Origin: an uncultured delta proteobacterium
GTDB taxonomy: Bacteria > Desulfobacterota > RBG-13-43-22
DNA length: 64,000 bases
Direction of reading: 5' to 3'
Assembly: GCA_963790475.1 (NCBI GenBank)
Contig: CAWBOS010000010.1
Location: 736,001 to 800,000 of the forward strand
Part shown: positions 29,893 through 38,042 of the stretch, piece by piece
Position numbering within the stretch: the stretch's first letter is position 1
How the letters are laid out: the number at the start of each line of letters is the position of its first letter
Notes under the pieces: generated by a model
Told to the model about the DNA's origin: nothing
Database searches by the model: none
Seen by the model: the letters and a program-made list of their open reading frames with translations, nothing else
Program-made: the position numbers and the translations under genes

Positions 29893-31601
29893 AAATGGAT
29901 ATTCCTAAGACCTGGCAAGAGGAAAAGGCAGAGAGGCGGGAAGAGATAGTACGGGAATATCTTGCAGCCGCCGAAACCGTAGCCAGGAAAAACAAAACAT
30001 CGTTTAAAAAGCAATTCGCGAAATTAAAGGGAATCACTTATCGAACTCTCGATAGCTGGGTCCATCTTTTTAAAGATGTTGGACCACGTGGCTTGCTCCC
30101 TGCCGAGAGATCAAGACGAGGATTTTTTGGAAAGAATCCCGACATAGCCCTATCTTTCGAACAAAAGGTTATGCGAAGAAATGGCCTCCTGATCAAGGTA
30201 GCAATAGAGGAAACAATCAAAGAATATCCGGACAGAAATCTTCCTTCTCCTAAAACCTATTATAATTATATGGAATCAAGGTTTGGAAAACCTCTGTTAG
30301 ACATGGTCCAGTCTCCGGAAAAATACGCCAGAGAACATTCCATCCATATAAACAGAGATTGGAATATCGGGATTAATCGGCTTTGGGTAGGTGATACGAA
30401 ACAGTGTGATCTTTATGCTCTACTAGGGAAAAAACCTGTCCTGGTATCATTGGTCGCCTTCATGGATTGTCATAGCCGATTATTCACGGGGTATGTTCTG
30501 ACCGCCTCCCCTAATTCTTTAGAGATAGGCCAAGCATTCTATAATGGAATCATGAAACACGGCGTCCCAAAAGCCGTCCATATTGACAGGGGCAAAGATT
30601 ATAAAAGTAAGTACTTCAGTGGGGAAAAAGGAGAAAAAAATAAGAATCATGAGTTTTTCGATGATCTTGAAAAAACGAGGATTCCAGGAATACTTCGGCA
30701 GCTTAATGTCGAAATTATTCAAGCGGCCCCTTATAACGCCAAAGAAAAATTAATAGAAAGTAATTTCGGATTTTTAACTGAAAGCTTACGTGATGTACCT
30801 GGATACCGGGGGCATAATTTAAAAACTCGGCCAAAAAAGCTTTCCCACGAAATTAAATCTAAAAAACTCCTTTCTTTTGAAGAAGCCTGTCAAGAGATAG
30901 AGAACCGAATTGAAAGACGTAATAATGAAATTAAGCACACGACAACCAAGGAAATACCTATTTCCTTTTATAAGGATTTCGTTCCTCAAATTCCTTCTCA
31001 GGCTTTTCTAAATTATCTCCTCATGGAAGTGCATTTCGTGAAAGCTAGAAACTCCGGCGTTAATATCGATGGTCATTTTTACCGTGGCGAGGATCTCTTC
31101 CCGATCGCCGGTGAGCTGGTCGAGGTTAGAAGAAATCCAAAGGATATAGGCCGCGTGGCTGTCATTCACAAAAACGAATATTTTGGAATGGCCTTTGAAG
31201 AACTGCTAGGCGATCACTGGAGCCAAATAACTCTTCAAAACCGAAATACAGCAAAAAAAATCAGGCGAAAAATCCACAAGATGCAAAAAGAGATTTGGGG
31301 TTGGGAAAATATTACTGATGATCCTCGCCGAATGGAAATTAAAGTTGCTGAAGAAGAGGCCCTCCCAAATAAAGAGGATATTAGTCCGGCTCCAAAATCC
31401 AACGTCATCTCTATTATTGACCCAATAAGGGAAAGAATTTCTCGAAAAATCGATAAGGATTTCAATCAGACTAAAAATGAGTCAGAAGAGGCTCGGGTTG
31501 CTGCCAATGGAGAAAGTAGAAATGTCCTTCCCTCACGACTCTTAAATGCCTTGGGTGGACTTTCATTCGGCAGAAAAAAACCAGACGATGAAGATTTTTA
31601 A
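29889..31601 (+). CDS. Mu A/TnsB-like DDE transposase
   Basis: HTH (GITYRTLDSWV..GPRGLLP), RNase-H core WVGDT, FMDCHSR, VPKAVHIDRGKDY, NAKEKLIESNF; C-terminal Mu-transposase-C-like beta domain (GVNIDGHFY..VEVRRNPKDIGRV). Confidence 0.92.
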   Translation: MKMDIPKTWQEEKAERREEIVREYLAAAETVARKNKTSFKKQFAKLKGITYRTLDSWVHLFKDVGPRGLLPAERSRRGFFGKNPDIALSFEQKVMRRNGLLIKVAIEETIKEYPDRNLPSPKTYYNYMESRFGKPLLDMVQSPEKYAREHSIHINRDWNIGINRLWVGDTKQCDLYALLGKKPVLVSLVAFMDCHSRLFTGYVLTASPNSLEIGQAFYNGIMKHGVPKAVHIDRGKDYKSKYFSGEKGEKNKNHEFFDDLEKTRIPGILRQLNVEIIQAAPYNAKEKLIESNFGFLTESLRDVPGYRGHNLKTRPKKLSHEIKSKKLLSFEEACQEIENRIERRNNEIKHTTTKEIPISFYKDFVPQIPSQAFLNYLLMEVHFVKARNSGVNIDGHFYRGEDLFPIAGELVEVRRNPKDIGRVAVIHKNEYFGMAFEELLGDHWSQITLQNRNTAKKIRRKIHKMQKEIWGWENITDDPRRMEIKVAEEEALPNKEDISPAPKSNVISIIDPIRERISRKIDKDFNQTKNESEEARVAANGESRNVLPSRLLNALGGLSFGRKKPDDEDF

Positions 31602-31613
31602 AGGAGATTTACA

Positions 31614-32591
31614 ATGTCCCCTAAACAGGCGTTAAAGCTGGATTCAATAGATAATCTGAATTCCGAAAATGTGGACAATGTGCGCGCGAGACTTAATTTA
31701 GAAATAAATAAGGGTGGGTCTTCTCAAAATCGTCTTGCCAACAAATCCGGTCTTAGCAGCTCCACCGTTAGCCTGTTTATGCGTAACAAATACCCAGGGA
31801 ATAATCTTGAAATTGCAAAAAAAATAGAACCCTTTTTGGAACCGTTTCTGGAACAAAAAAAGGATGGTCTCGGGTTATCCGCCAAGAATTTCAGAATTCT
31901 CTTAACCAGCATAGCTTTAAAAATGTGGTTTGCCATTCAAATAGCAGACCAAGAGGGCGACATGGTGGCCATTCTTGGTTCAAGTGGAATCGGTAAAACG
32001 ATAGTCTTAGAGGAATATCGACGCCAAGAAGTGAGCCCTATTTTAATAACGGTCAACATAACAACGAGGGCGACAGGACCGGTACTTGACGCGATAGGGC
32101 GTGAATTAGAGATAGGTGTCCGTATAGGCACCCAAAGCCATTTTTTGGCAAAAATTATAAAGTTTCTCAGAATCTCGCCTCGTCTCTTGTTGTTTGATGA
32201 AGTTCATCTTTTATCATGGGAGAGCCTTGAGCTTATCCGGACAATTCATGATGCTGCCCATGTCGGGATCGTCTTTTGTGGTCAGGAGCGGTTTTATGAG
32301 CAGATGCGCGGATCGCGTCGATCCTATCTGTATGATCAATTCTCTTCAAGGATCGGTTGCCTTTGCCGCCTAACTTCAATTGAAAAAAAAGATGTTAGGA
32401 TGCTCTGCGAGGCGATTTATTCAAATCTTGACAATAGATGTTTGGAATTTTTGTTTTCCAAAGCCTCTGGACCGGGAAAATTTAGAGTAATGACTAAAAT
32501 TTTAAAGAGAGCGGTCTTTATCGCTGAAAAAGAAAAAGTTCCCGTGACCTTGGACCTTCTTAAAGAGGCTAATTCACTTCTTCTTCTATAG
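31614..32591 (+). CDS. Mu B-like AAA+ transposition ATPase with N-terminal HTH
   Basis: SQNRLANKSGLSSSTVSLFMRNKYPG HTH, Walker A GSSGIGKT, Walker B LLLFDEVHLL, LELIRTIHD, QFSSRIG. Confidence 0.92.
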   Translation: MSPKQALKLDSIDNLNSENVDNVRARLNLEINKGGSSQNRLANKSGLSSSTVSLFMRNKYPGNNLEIAKKIEPFLEPFLEQKKDGLGLSAKNFRILLTSIALKMWFAIQIADQEGDMVAILGSSGIGKTIVLEEYRRQEVSPILITVNITTRATGPVLDAIGRELEIGVRIGTQSHFLAKIIKFLRISPRLLLFDEVHLLSWESLELIRTIHDAAHVGIVFCGQERFYEQMRGSRRSYLYDQFSSRIGCLCRLTSIEKKDVRMLCEAIYSNLDNRCLEFLFSKASGPGKFRVMTKILKRAVFIAEKEKVPVTLDLLKEANSLLLL

Positions 32592-32600
32592 GAGATTGTT

Positions 32601-32957
32601 ATGGAAATGTCTGTTGAAGCCCGGCAGGTTTTTGATTCCCTTGATGAAAAAACGAAAAGGGTCATTCAGGGAAACTATTCTTTTAAAAAACTCCGGAATG
32701 AAGCTATAGTTGACCTGGGGAAAAAAGGTGTTAATGGACGCCTTTTGGCTGAGATTACCGGCCTTAGTACTTCCAGTGTGAGCCGCATTTTGGAGACGGG
32801 GGGGCAAACGAGATATAAACCCGACAGGAGAGAGGTAGAATTGTGGAAACTCAAGGAAATGATTGATGGACTCTATAAGCGATACAGGCGCTTTATCTTG
32901 GCCAGAGACGAAAGGAAAGGAAAAGGGTTAGGGATGGGTAGGGGGAAGAAGAGTTAA
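32601..32957 (+). CDS. HTH protein, Mor/C-like transcription activator candidate
   Basis: RNEAIVDLGKKGVNGRLLAEITGLSTSSVSRIL resembles the Mor-family RN..I....G.....LA...GLS...V.RI HTH. Confidence 0.6.
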   Translation: MEMSVEARQVFDSLDEKTKRVIQGNYSFKKLRNEAIVDLGKKGVNGRLLAEITGLSTSSVSRILETGGQTRYKPDRREVELWKLKEMIDGLYKRYRRFILARDERKGKGLGMGRGKKS

Positions 32958-32990
32958 ACGTTTTTAAACGGGTTTTAAACGGTTTTAAAT
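32953..32990 (+). repeat. Phased TTTAAAC tandem repeats (~10-bp period)
   Basis: GTTAAACG TTTTTAAACG GGTTTTAAAC GGTTTTAAAT directly before the RBS of ORF 33002. Confidence 0.7.
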
Positions 32991-33001
32991 AGGAGGAAGA
33001 C

Positions 33002-33283
33002 ATGAAGAGTAAAGTAAAGTCTGAAAAAATTATTCAATTTCCCTTAAATCAAAAGATTATAAAACAACAGAAGGAAATGAAAAACTTGATGTTTGTAGAT
33101 AAAGAAAAGGCATATAAATACATTCGATCTGTGTTTGGTTGGGGTGCCTTATTGATAGCAATGGGCAATCACTGGAAATCTCCCGAGATAACTGACTGGG
33201 GAAACAAAATTCAGCTCTTGGGCAAAGAATTGGCAGCATTATTCGATTTTTCAATAGAAGATGTCGGAAAATATTTTATATAG
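33002..33283 (+). CDS. Hypothetical protein (93 aa)
   Basis: RBS AGGAGG; N-terminal KIIQFP motif; no recognised family. Confidence 0.7.
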   Translation: MKSKVKSEKIIQFPLNQKIIKQQKEMKNLMFVDKEKAYKYIRSVFGWGALLIAMGNHWKSPEITDWGNKIQLLGKELAALFDFSIEDVGKYFI

Positions 33284-33293
33284 GTAATCCGAC

Positions 33294-33352
33294 TTGCCCT
33301 GGATAGGCTGATCACCGAAAAGGCGGAAACTCTCACCGCCCTGCCAGGGCAA
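33294..33352 (+). ncRNA. C4/CI-like structured antisense RNA candidate
   Basis: Closing stem TTGCCCTGG/CCAGGGCAA encloses two hairpins, GG-CTGATCA-CC and GGCGG-AAACTCTCA-CCGCC. Loop CTCTCA is complementary to TGAGAG at 33359-33364. Architecture resembles P1 C4 and P4 CI RNAs. Confidence 0.6.
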
Positions 33353-33375
33353 AACAAATGAGAGGCAACTTAGAG

Positions 33376-33412
33376 AGGGTTGCGATAGCCGGATGCTATC
33401 CAACCCTTTTTT
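33376..33412 (+). terminator. Intrinsic terminator/attenuator immediately before the tape-measure gene
   Basis: AGGGTTG-C-GATAGC-CGGAT-GCTATC-CAACCCT followed by a T-run, a few nt before RBS AGGAG. Confidence 0.75.
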
Positions 33413-33426
33413 ATTAGGAGAAGACA

Positions 33427-35766
33427 ATGGCCGAAGTAAAAATTGAAATCACCGCCCAAGATAACACGTCCGGGGTTTTTAAAAACATCCAGGCTTCGAG
33501 CAGCTCCGCCCTTAATACAATGGCCGCCGAAACCAGGAATTATACCGAGGGCAGTAAAAGCCTGGTCACGTCCCTGAAGGAACACTGGATCGCTGCTTCA
33601 GTCGCCGTTTACGGGGCCTGGAGGATGGTGAATGAGGCTATGGACCTGGCCAAGCTCGGGGCCAAGGCCCAGCAATCCGAAGAGTCGTTCCGCACTGTAA
33701 CCAGGGCCTATGGGGAAGATGCCAGCAGTCTTTTAGAAAAGATGAAACAGGTTTCCTCCGGGATGATCGATGACTCGGCCTTAATGCAGAGGGCAGTAAA
33801 AGGACTGCAACAGGGACTAGCCGGAGAGCAGATTACTTCCATCCTGGAAATAGCGCGGACCTCGGCTCGAACGGCTGGGAAGGACGTTGTCGAAGCCTTC
33901 GATCAGATCACCGATGCAACGGCCAATCAGATGACCCGCGGGCTGAAGGCGATGGGTATTGTGGTCGACCAGAATAAGGCTTTTGAAGACCAGGCTAAAG
34001 CATTGGGAACGGTAACAGCCGGTCTTACTGAACAGCAACAATCTCAAGCCCTGGCCAACGCCGTCATCGCTGAAGGCACCCGGCAAATGAAGGCGATGGG
34101 GGATGTTACTGAAAACGCCAGTGAGAAATTTCAAAAAATGAATGCTACGATCACAGGATTTAAAGAGAATGTGGGAAAGGAGTTATTGATCGGGATAGAG
34201 AAAGTCAAAAATATCCCGAGTCTGTTAGGGAAGGGAGCGCTTTTGGCTCTTGAGGGCCTGGGAAATCCAACCGTCGCAATGTGGGCAAATATAGAAAAAG
34301 CATCCGGCGATGCCGCAAAAAAAATAAGTGACGCAGAAAAGGCCTATATAAAGATGATGTTATCTATTCAGCAAAAGGTTGACACCTTTAATTTGCTTAA
34401 GGAGAAGATTAAGGAGGTCACTCTATCTGTTCAGGAATTCGATTATAAAATGCAGGACTTGGATCCCAATGCGAATGAAACGACCAAGAGGATAGCCGAG
34501 ATTACCTCTCAAGTCCAAAAAATGAAGGAGGAGATAAGGAAATCCGTAGGTGAAAATGTCTTGAGCCAACTGGCCCCAAAGATCGACATGGGAGCTATGG
34601 AGGGAATTCGGAATGTCTATAAACAGCAGCTTAAAGACTTCGACGACCTAATACTCTCCATGTCCAATGCCCGCAAGGAAGGGATTATTAAGGACCTAGC
34701 CGAAATCGACAAAACCGAAGCGGATGCATTTAAGAAATTCAGCAATAACCAAACGATGATTACGGCCATTGCCAAGGCCGAGGATCTGGCCCGGATCGAC
34801 AGCCTGAAAAAATGGAAAGATTCCCTGATCTCGATGCACAATGAGGCCATCGCCAAGGCGCGGGAATATTATAAGACGGTGGATGACCTTAATATGGCCC
34901 TGAGCAAGAGTGCCATCTTTATGGATCAGTGGAAGAAGGGATTTCCGACCGACCAGACATCGGTTTTCAAGAATGAACAGCAAAGTCTGCAACTGATCAT
35001 CGATCAGGCCAACAATAACCCTATCGCCGCCAACCTGCAGTCGGCCATGACGGCCATCGAGAGTTTCATGCAGAAGAATAATCAATTGCGGAATGAACTG
35101 GTTGACACTCCCGGGAAAGGGCTGCAATCGATTTTTTCAGATACCGACGCGGCCAATCTATACAATCAATATGCCGGTTTTCAGACTGCCCTGGCCGGGG
35201 TAAGGGACGCGGCCAAATCCGCGGGCGACGCCGAAATGTCCGTGGCCATGCAACTGGCTGATATGATCAAGCCGGTCGACACGGCGATGGATTTATTGAA
35301 ATCAAAATTCACCGATTATGTCGATATGATCTCGGTTCAAAGGCAGGTGACCCTGGACACTTCACCGGCCATCGATTCCATCCAGGCCATAATCACAAAA
35401 ACCACGGAGGCCCTGGGCTATATCCAGCAGCTTGGCCGCTATAATACCTCCTCTACTTCCGCCATGTCCCGTCTGGCGCCCTCGGCTCCGGCTGCCGACG
35501 TGGCGCCTCCTGATTTCCCGGTTACGGCAGTTGGTACTCCCTATGTGCGCCGCTCGGGACTGGCCTGGATCGACCAGGGCGAGCGGGTGATGACTGCCGA
35601 CCAGAATAAATCCTACAGCGGCGGATCGGGAGGAAAGACCTTGAGCTTTTCATTCGGAGATATCCATGTCCATGGAACAAACGACCCCGGCGAAATAGCT
35701 CGCAAGATCATGAAGCCATTGATTTCGGAACTTCGCGAATATAACCATTTAATCGGAGGAAATTAA
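33427..35766 (+). CDS. Phage tail tape-measure-like protein (779 aa)
   Basis: TMP-type N-terminus VKIEITAQDNTSGVF; Ala/Gln-rich helical body with LKAMGIVVD; C-terminal AVGTPYVRRSGLAWIDQGERVMTADQN motif typical of TMP C-termini. Confidence 0.85.
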   Translation: MAEVKIEITAQDNTSGVFKNIQASSSSALNTMAAETRNYTEGSKSLVTSLKEHWIAASVAVYGAWRMVNEAMDLAKLGAKAQQSEESFRTVTRAYGEDASSLLEKMKQVSSGMIDDSALMQRAVKGLQQGLAGEQITSILEIARTSARTAGKDVVEAFDQITDATANQMTRGLKAMGIVVDQNKAFEDQAKALGTVTAGLTEQQQSQALANAVIAEGTRQMKAMGDVTENASEKFQKMNATITGFKENVGKELLIGIEKVKNIPSLLGKGALLALEGLGNPTVAMWANIEKASGDAAKKISDAEKAYIKMMLSIQQKVDTFNLLKEKIKEVTLSVQEFDYKMQDLDPNANETTKRIAEITSQVQKMKEEIRKSVGENVLSQLAPKIDMGAMEGIRNVYKQQLKDFDDLILSMSNARKEGIIKDLAEIDKTEADAFKKFSNNQTMITAIAKAEDLARIDSLKKWKDSLISMHNEAIAKAREYYKTVDDLNMALSKSAIFMDQWKKGFPTDQTSVFKNEQQSLQLIIDQANNNPIAANLQSAMTAIESFMQKNNQLRNELVDTPGKGLQSIFSDTDAANLYNQYAGFQTALAGVRDAAKSAGDAEMSVAMQLADMIKPVDTAMDLLKSKFTDYVDMISVQRQVTLDTSPAIDSIQAIITKTTEALGYIQQLGRYNTSSTSAMSRLAPSAPAADVAPPDFPVTAVGTPYVRRSGLAWIDQGERVMTADQNKSYSGGSGGKTLSFSFGDIHVHGTNDPGEIARKIMKPLISELREYNHLIGGN

Positions 35767-35802
35767 GACTCCGGAATTTTTGAACAGAAGAGGAGGAAAA
35801 TC

Positions 35803-37014
35803 ATGGATCGTATCACCAATAAAAGCCTTTTAAGTGACATCGAGAGGACCTTATTTTATCATGCTCATGGGCAAGGCATGGCCGGAAGAAACGAGGTTGA
35901 TAAGGCGCAGGATGCCCTTATTAAGACCTTTATTCCGGAATACGATGCTGGCGGTCTCGGCGGGTTTAGTGGAATCAGGGAGGCCTATATTCACTTAACC
36001 GGGGATGACGAGTTTAGAGGTAGGGCGGGCTTTAATCTCTCAAGGGTCTCAAGTGGCTTGAGGGCTTGTGCTGATTTTGATTCAGGCACTTTCTCCTTTG
36101 CCCTGCAAAATGCCCTTAATATGTACCTGTCCAAGGCTTATAAGTCCTTTCCTTATCACGAGGAAATATTCATCTCTGAAAAAAAGACGGCCACCGACTT
36201 CAGGACAATCCAGTCCCTTCAGTTGGGGTATCTCGGGGATCTTCCAGATATCGATCCGGAGACAGGCGATTATCAGTCTCTTGGTAATTATGGAGACACC
36301 GAGTCGCAATATAAAATTGGGCAGAAAGGTGGAATCACTTGGGTGACGAGAAAACACGTCATAAATGACTTGGTTGGATTGATAAAAGCATTGCTTGACA
36401 GGAAAGCGCGAGCGGCCAGGAGAACACATGCTAAATATGTCTGGAGCTTTTTTATCAACAACGCTATCTGTCCCGATGGAACGGCATGGTTTACCGCGCC
36501 GCACGGGAACTTAGGGTCAAGTGCCTTGGATTTTGATCCCCTGGCTGCTGCGATCACCGCCCTGGCCGATATGGTGGAACCGGGGTCAGGAGAAAAACTT
36601 GGAATGGACCTTCCCACTTTCAATTGGAATTTAGTTATCCCAGTCGCTTTGTGGAAGTTGGCTGTGTCAAAAAATCAGGCGGAGTATTATTATACCGCAG
36701 CAGATGACTTAACCACCAAAACGGAGAATCCAAATTGCCGGTTGTTTGGGGATCGCAATGAAAGAATTATTATTTGTCCCTTTTTCACAGATCTCAATGA
36801 TTGGGGGGTTATTAGAGATAAGGAGGATGTTCCGATAGTTGAAATGTCTTATCTTAACGGGCACGAGGAACCTGAACTTGTCCTTGCCCATCCTGACGAT
36901 TTACCGGGAACCGAAAGAGGTCTTCATGGTGATGATTATGGCTATAAGATTCGGCATGAATATGGTGGAACCCTGGCTGATCACCAAGGCGGATTTCGGT
37001 CCGTTGTGTCCTGA
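35803..37014 (+). CDS. Mu gpT-like major capsid protein (no fused protease)
   Basis: GIREAYIHLTGD, FSFALQNAL, DFRT..LGYLGDLP, KGGITWVTRKHVINDLVG, ARAARRTHAKYVW, WFTAPHGNL and YKIRHEYGG match the Mu-like gpT capsid domain; RBS GAGGAGG. Confidence 0.85.
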   Translation: MDRITNKSLLSDIERTLFYHAHGQGMAGRNEVDKAQDALIKTFIPEYDAGGLGGFSGIREAYIHLTGDDEFRGRAGFNLSRVSSGLRACADFDSGTFSFALQNALNMYLSKAYKSFPYHEEIFISEKKTATDFRTIQSLQLGYLGDLPDIDPETGDYQSLGNYGDTESQYKIGQKGGITWVTRKHVINDLVGLIKALLDRKARAARRTHAKYVWSFFINNAICPDGTAWFTAPHGNLGSSALDFDPLAAAITALADMVEPGSGEKLGMDLPTFNWNLVIPVALWKLAVSKNQAEYYYTAADDLTTKTENPNCRLFGDRNERIIICPFFTDLNDWGVIRDKEDVPIVEMSYLNGHEEPELVLAHPDDLPGTERGLHGDDYGYKIRHEYGGTLADHQGGFRSVVS

Positions 37015-37037
37015 AAATAATAGTTTCCCAAGGCCCC

Positions 37038-37117
37038 GCCCATAGTTTCCCTCCCGTTCTATGGGCTCCAGGAGGGAGCGGTTTCTGACCCAAAGCAGAA
37101 ATCGCTCTCTACCTGGA
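37038..37117 (+). other. Two adjacent hairpins downstream of the capsid gene
   Basis: GCCCATAG/CTATGGGC (37038-37066) and TCCAGG-AGGGAGCGGTTTCTG/CAGAAATCGCTCTCT-A-CCTGGA (37067-37117); no U-tract. Confidence 0.55.
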
Positions 37118-37131
37118 ATTAAAGGAATCGA

Positions 37132-37554
37132 ATGAAAAAAAGTGAATTTTTAACCAATATTGCCCAAGGATATAATTCTAAAATTGAAACGGTGTTTTTT
37201 TGTAACGAGAAGCGTTTGCCAGATGGTGCCTGGGGTGTGGCAAACGCCCAACCCAACTTGGAATGGTATCGAATCTTGCTTAATGATAAACTTCTTTCCT
37301 GCCCAATCCGCGCCCTTGGGGTCTTGTTCCATGAGCTAGGCCATATTGTTCTGAATCATTTTTATTCGGTGGATACTGAAAGTGAGGAGAGAGCCGCAAT
37401 CGAATGGGCATTTAGGGAAATGGGAACAATCGACCAAGAGGGAAAGATAAAGAAGGAAAACTCCTTTTGCTATGTTTGTATATCTCTCTATTCAAAATTA
37501 TGCCTTAAGAAATTTCATGACCAAATACGACCCCAGAAAAGCAGAACAATATAG
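37132..37554 (+). CDS. ImmA/IrrE-family (HExxH) metallopeptidase-like protein
   Basis: ILLND..LGVLFHELGHIVLNH...EERAAIEWA zincin motif with downstream Glu. Confidence 0.75.
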   Translation: MKKSEFLTNIAQGYNSKIETVFFCNEKRLPDGAWGVANAQPNLEWYRILLNDKLLSCPIRALGVLFHELGHIVLNHFYSVDTESEERAAIEWAFREMGTIDQEGKIKKENSFCYVCISLYSKLCLKKFHDQIRPQKSRTI

Positions 37555-37726
37555 GGGACGGCCACATTCTCATTATCGGAACCAGGGCAAGCATAAATGC
37601 AGGTTATGTGGGAAGAAAACAGACAATCATTGGAACTGCCCGGCTTGCCTGGATAGGATGGCCAAGGGAGAGATTGAATCGCCGGTAACCGATGTCTTGG
37701 GCTATGATCTCGACGTGCCGCTATAG
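37517..37726 (+). CDS. Small zinc-finger protein (CxxC-x9-CxxC)
   Basis: From ATG 37517: ...HKCRLCGKKTDNHWNCPACLDR; last gene before the right end. Confidence 0.6.
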   Translation: MTKYDPRKAEQYRGRPHSHYRNQGKHKCRLCGKKTDNHWNCPACLDRMAKGEIESPVTDVLGYDLDVPL

Positions 37727-37782
37727 ATAAAGGGCCTTTTAAACCCCATTTAATGGCCCTTTTTCCCCCTCCGAATCCCAGT

Positions 37783-37824
37783 TTTTGGAAATTTCAAGTT
37801 ACATTTTGGCAAAATGAAGTTACA
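37783..37824 (-). repeat. Right end: two tandem 21-bp transposase-binding-like repeats ending in ACA
   Basis: TTTTGGAAATTTCAAGTTACA (37783-37803) directly followed by TTTTGGCAAAATGAAGTTACA (37804-37824). Confidence 0.8.
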
Positions 37825-38042
37825 CGTTATAAGAGGGGAATCCGGAAGATCGGCGTATTTTTGGAGATAATCTACCATATATTGTATACATTTTTTAAAT
37901 AGCTCCTTTCTATTGTATTTTTTTCTTTACAAAATGATTTTTTTCATTAAAATTAAAATGAGAATCGAATCGGATGACTGATTGGCAATAAACCGTAATA
38001 AGATAGGTGGACTCCTTTTATATTGGAAGGGAATATTCTAAA

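Larger units (their letters stand above)
28711..37824 (+). mobile_element. 9.1-kb Mu-type transposable element / candidate transposable phage satellite
   Basis: Terminal IRs TGTAAATTACTTTTGCCAAA (28711-28730) and reverse complement of 37805-37824 TGTAACTTCATTTTGCCAAA (17/20). It contains MuA- and MuB-like genes, regulators, tape measure and capsid genes, all on the + strand, inserted intergenically between host genes. Confidence 0.85.

Noticed and set aside
29889-32591. CRISPR-associated transposon or Tn7-like target-selecting element
   Set aside because: No TniQ/TnsD, TnsA, cas genes or repeat-spacer array; the ATPase has a MuB-type N-terminal HTH and the cargo is phage structural genes.
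28711-37824. Complete autonomous Mu-like prophage
   Set aside because: Only 9.1 kb between matched ends; terminase, portal, tail, baseplate and lysis genes are missing.
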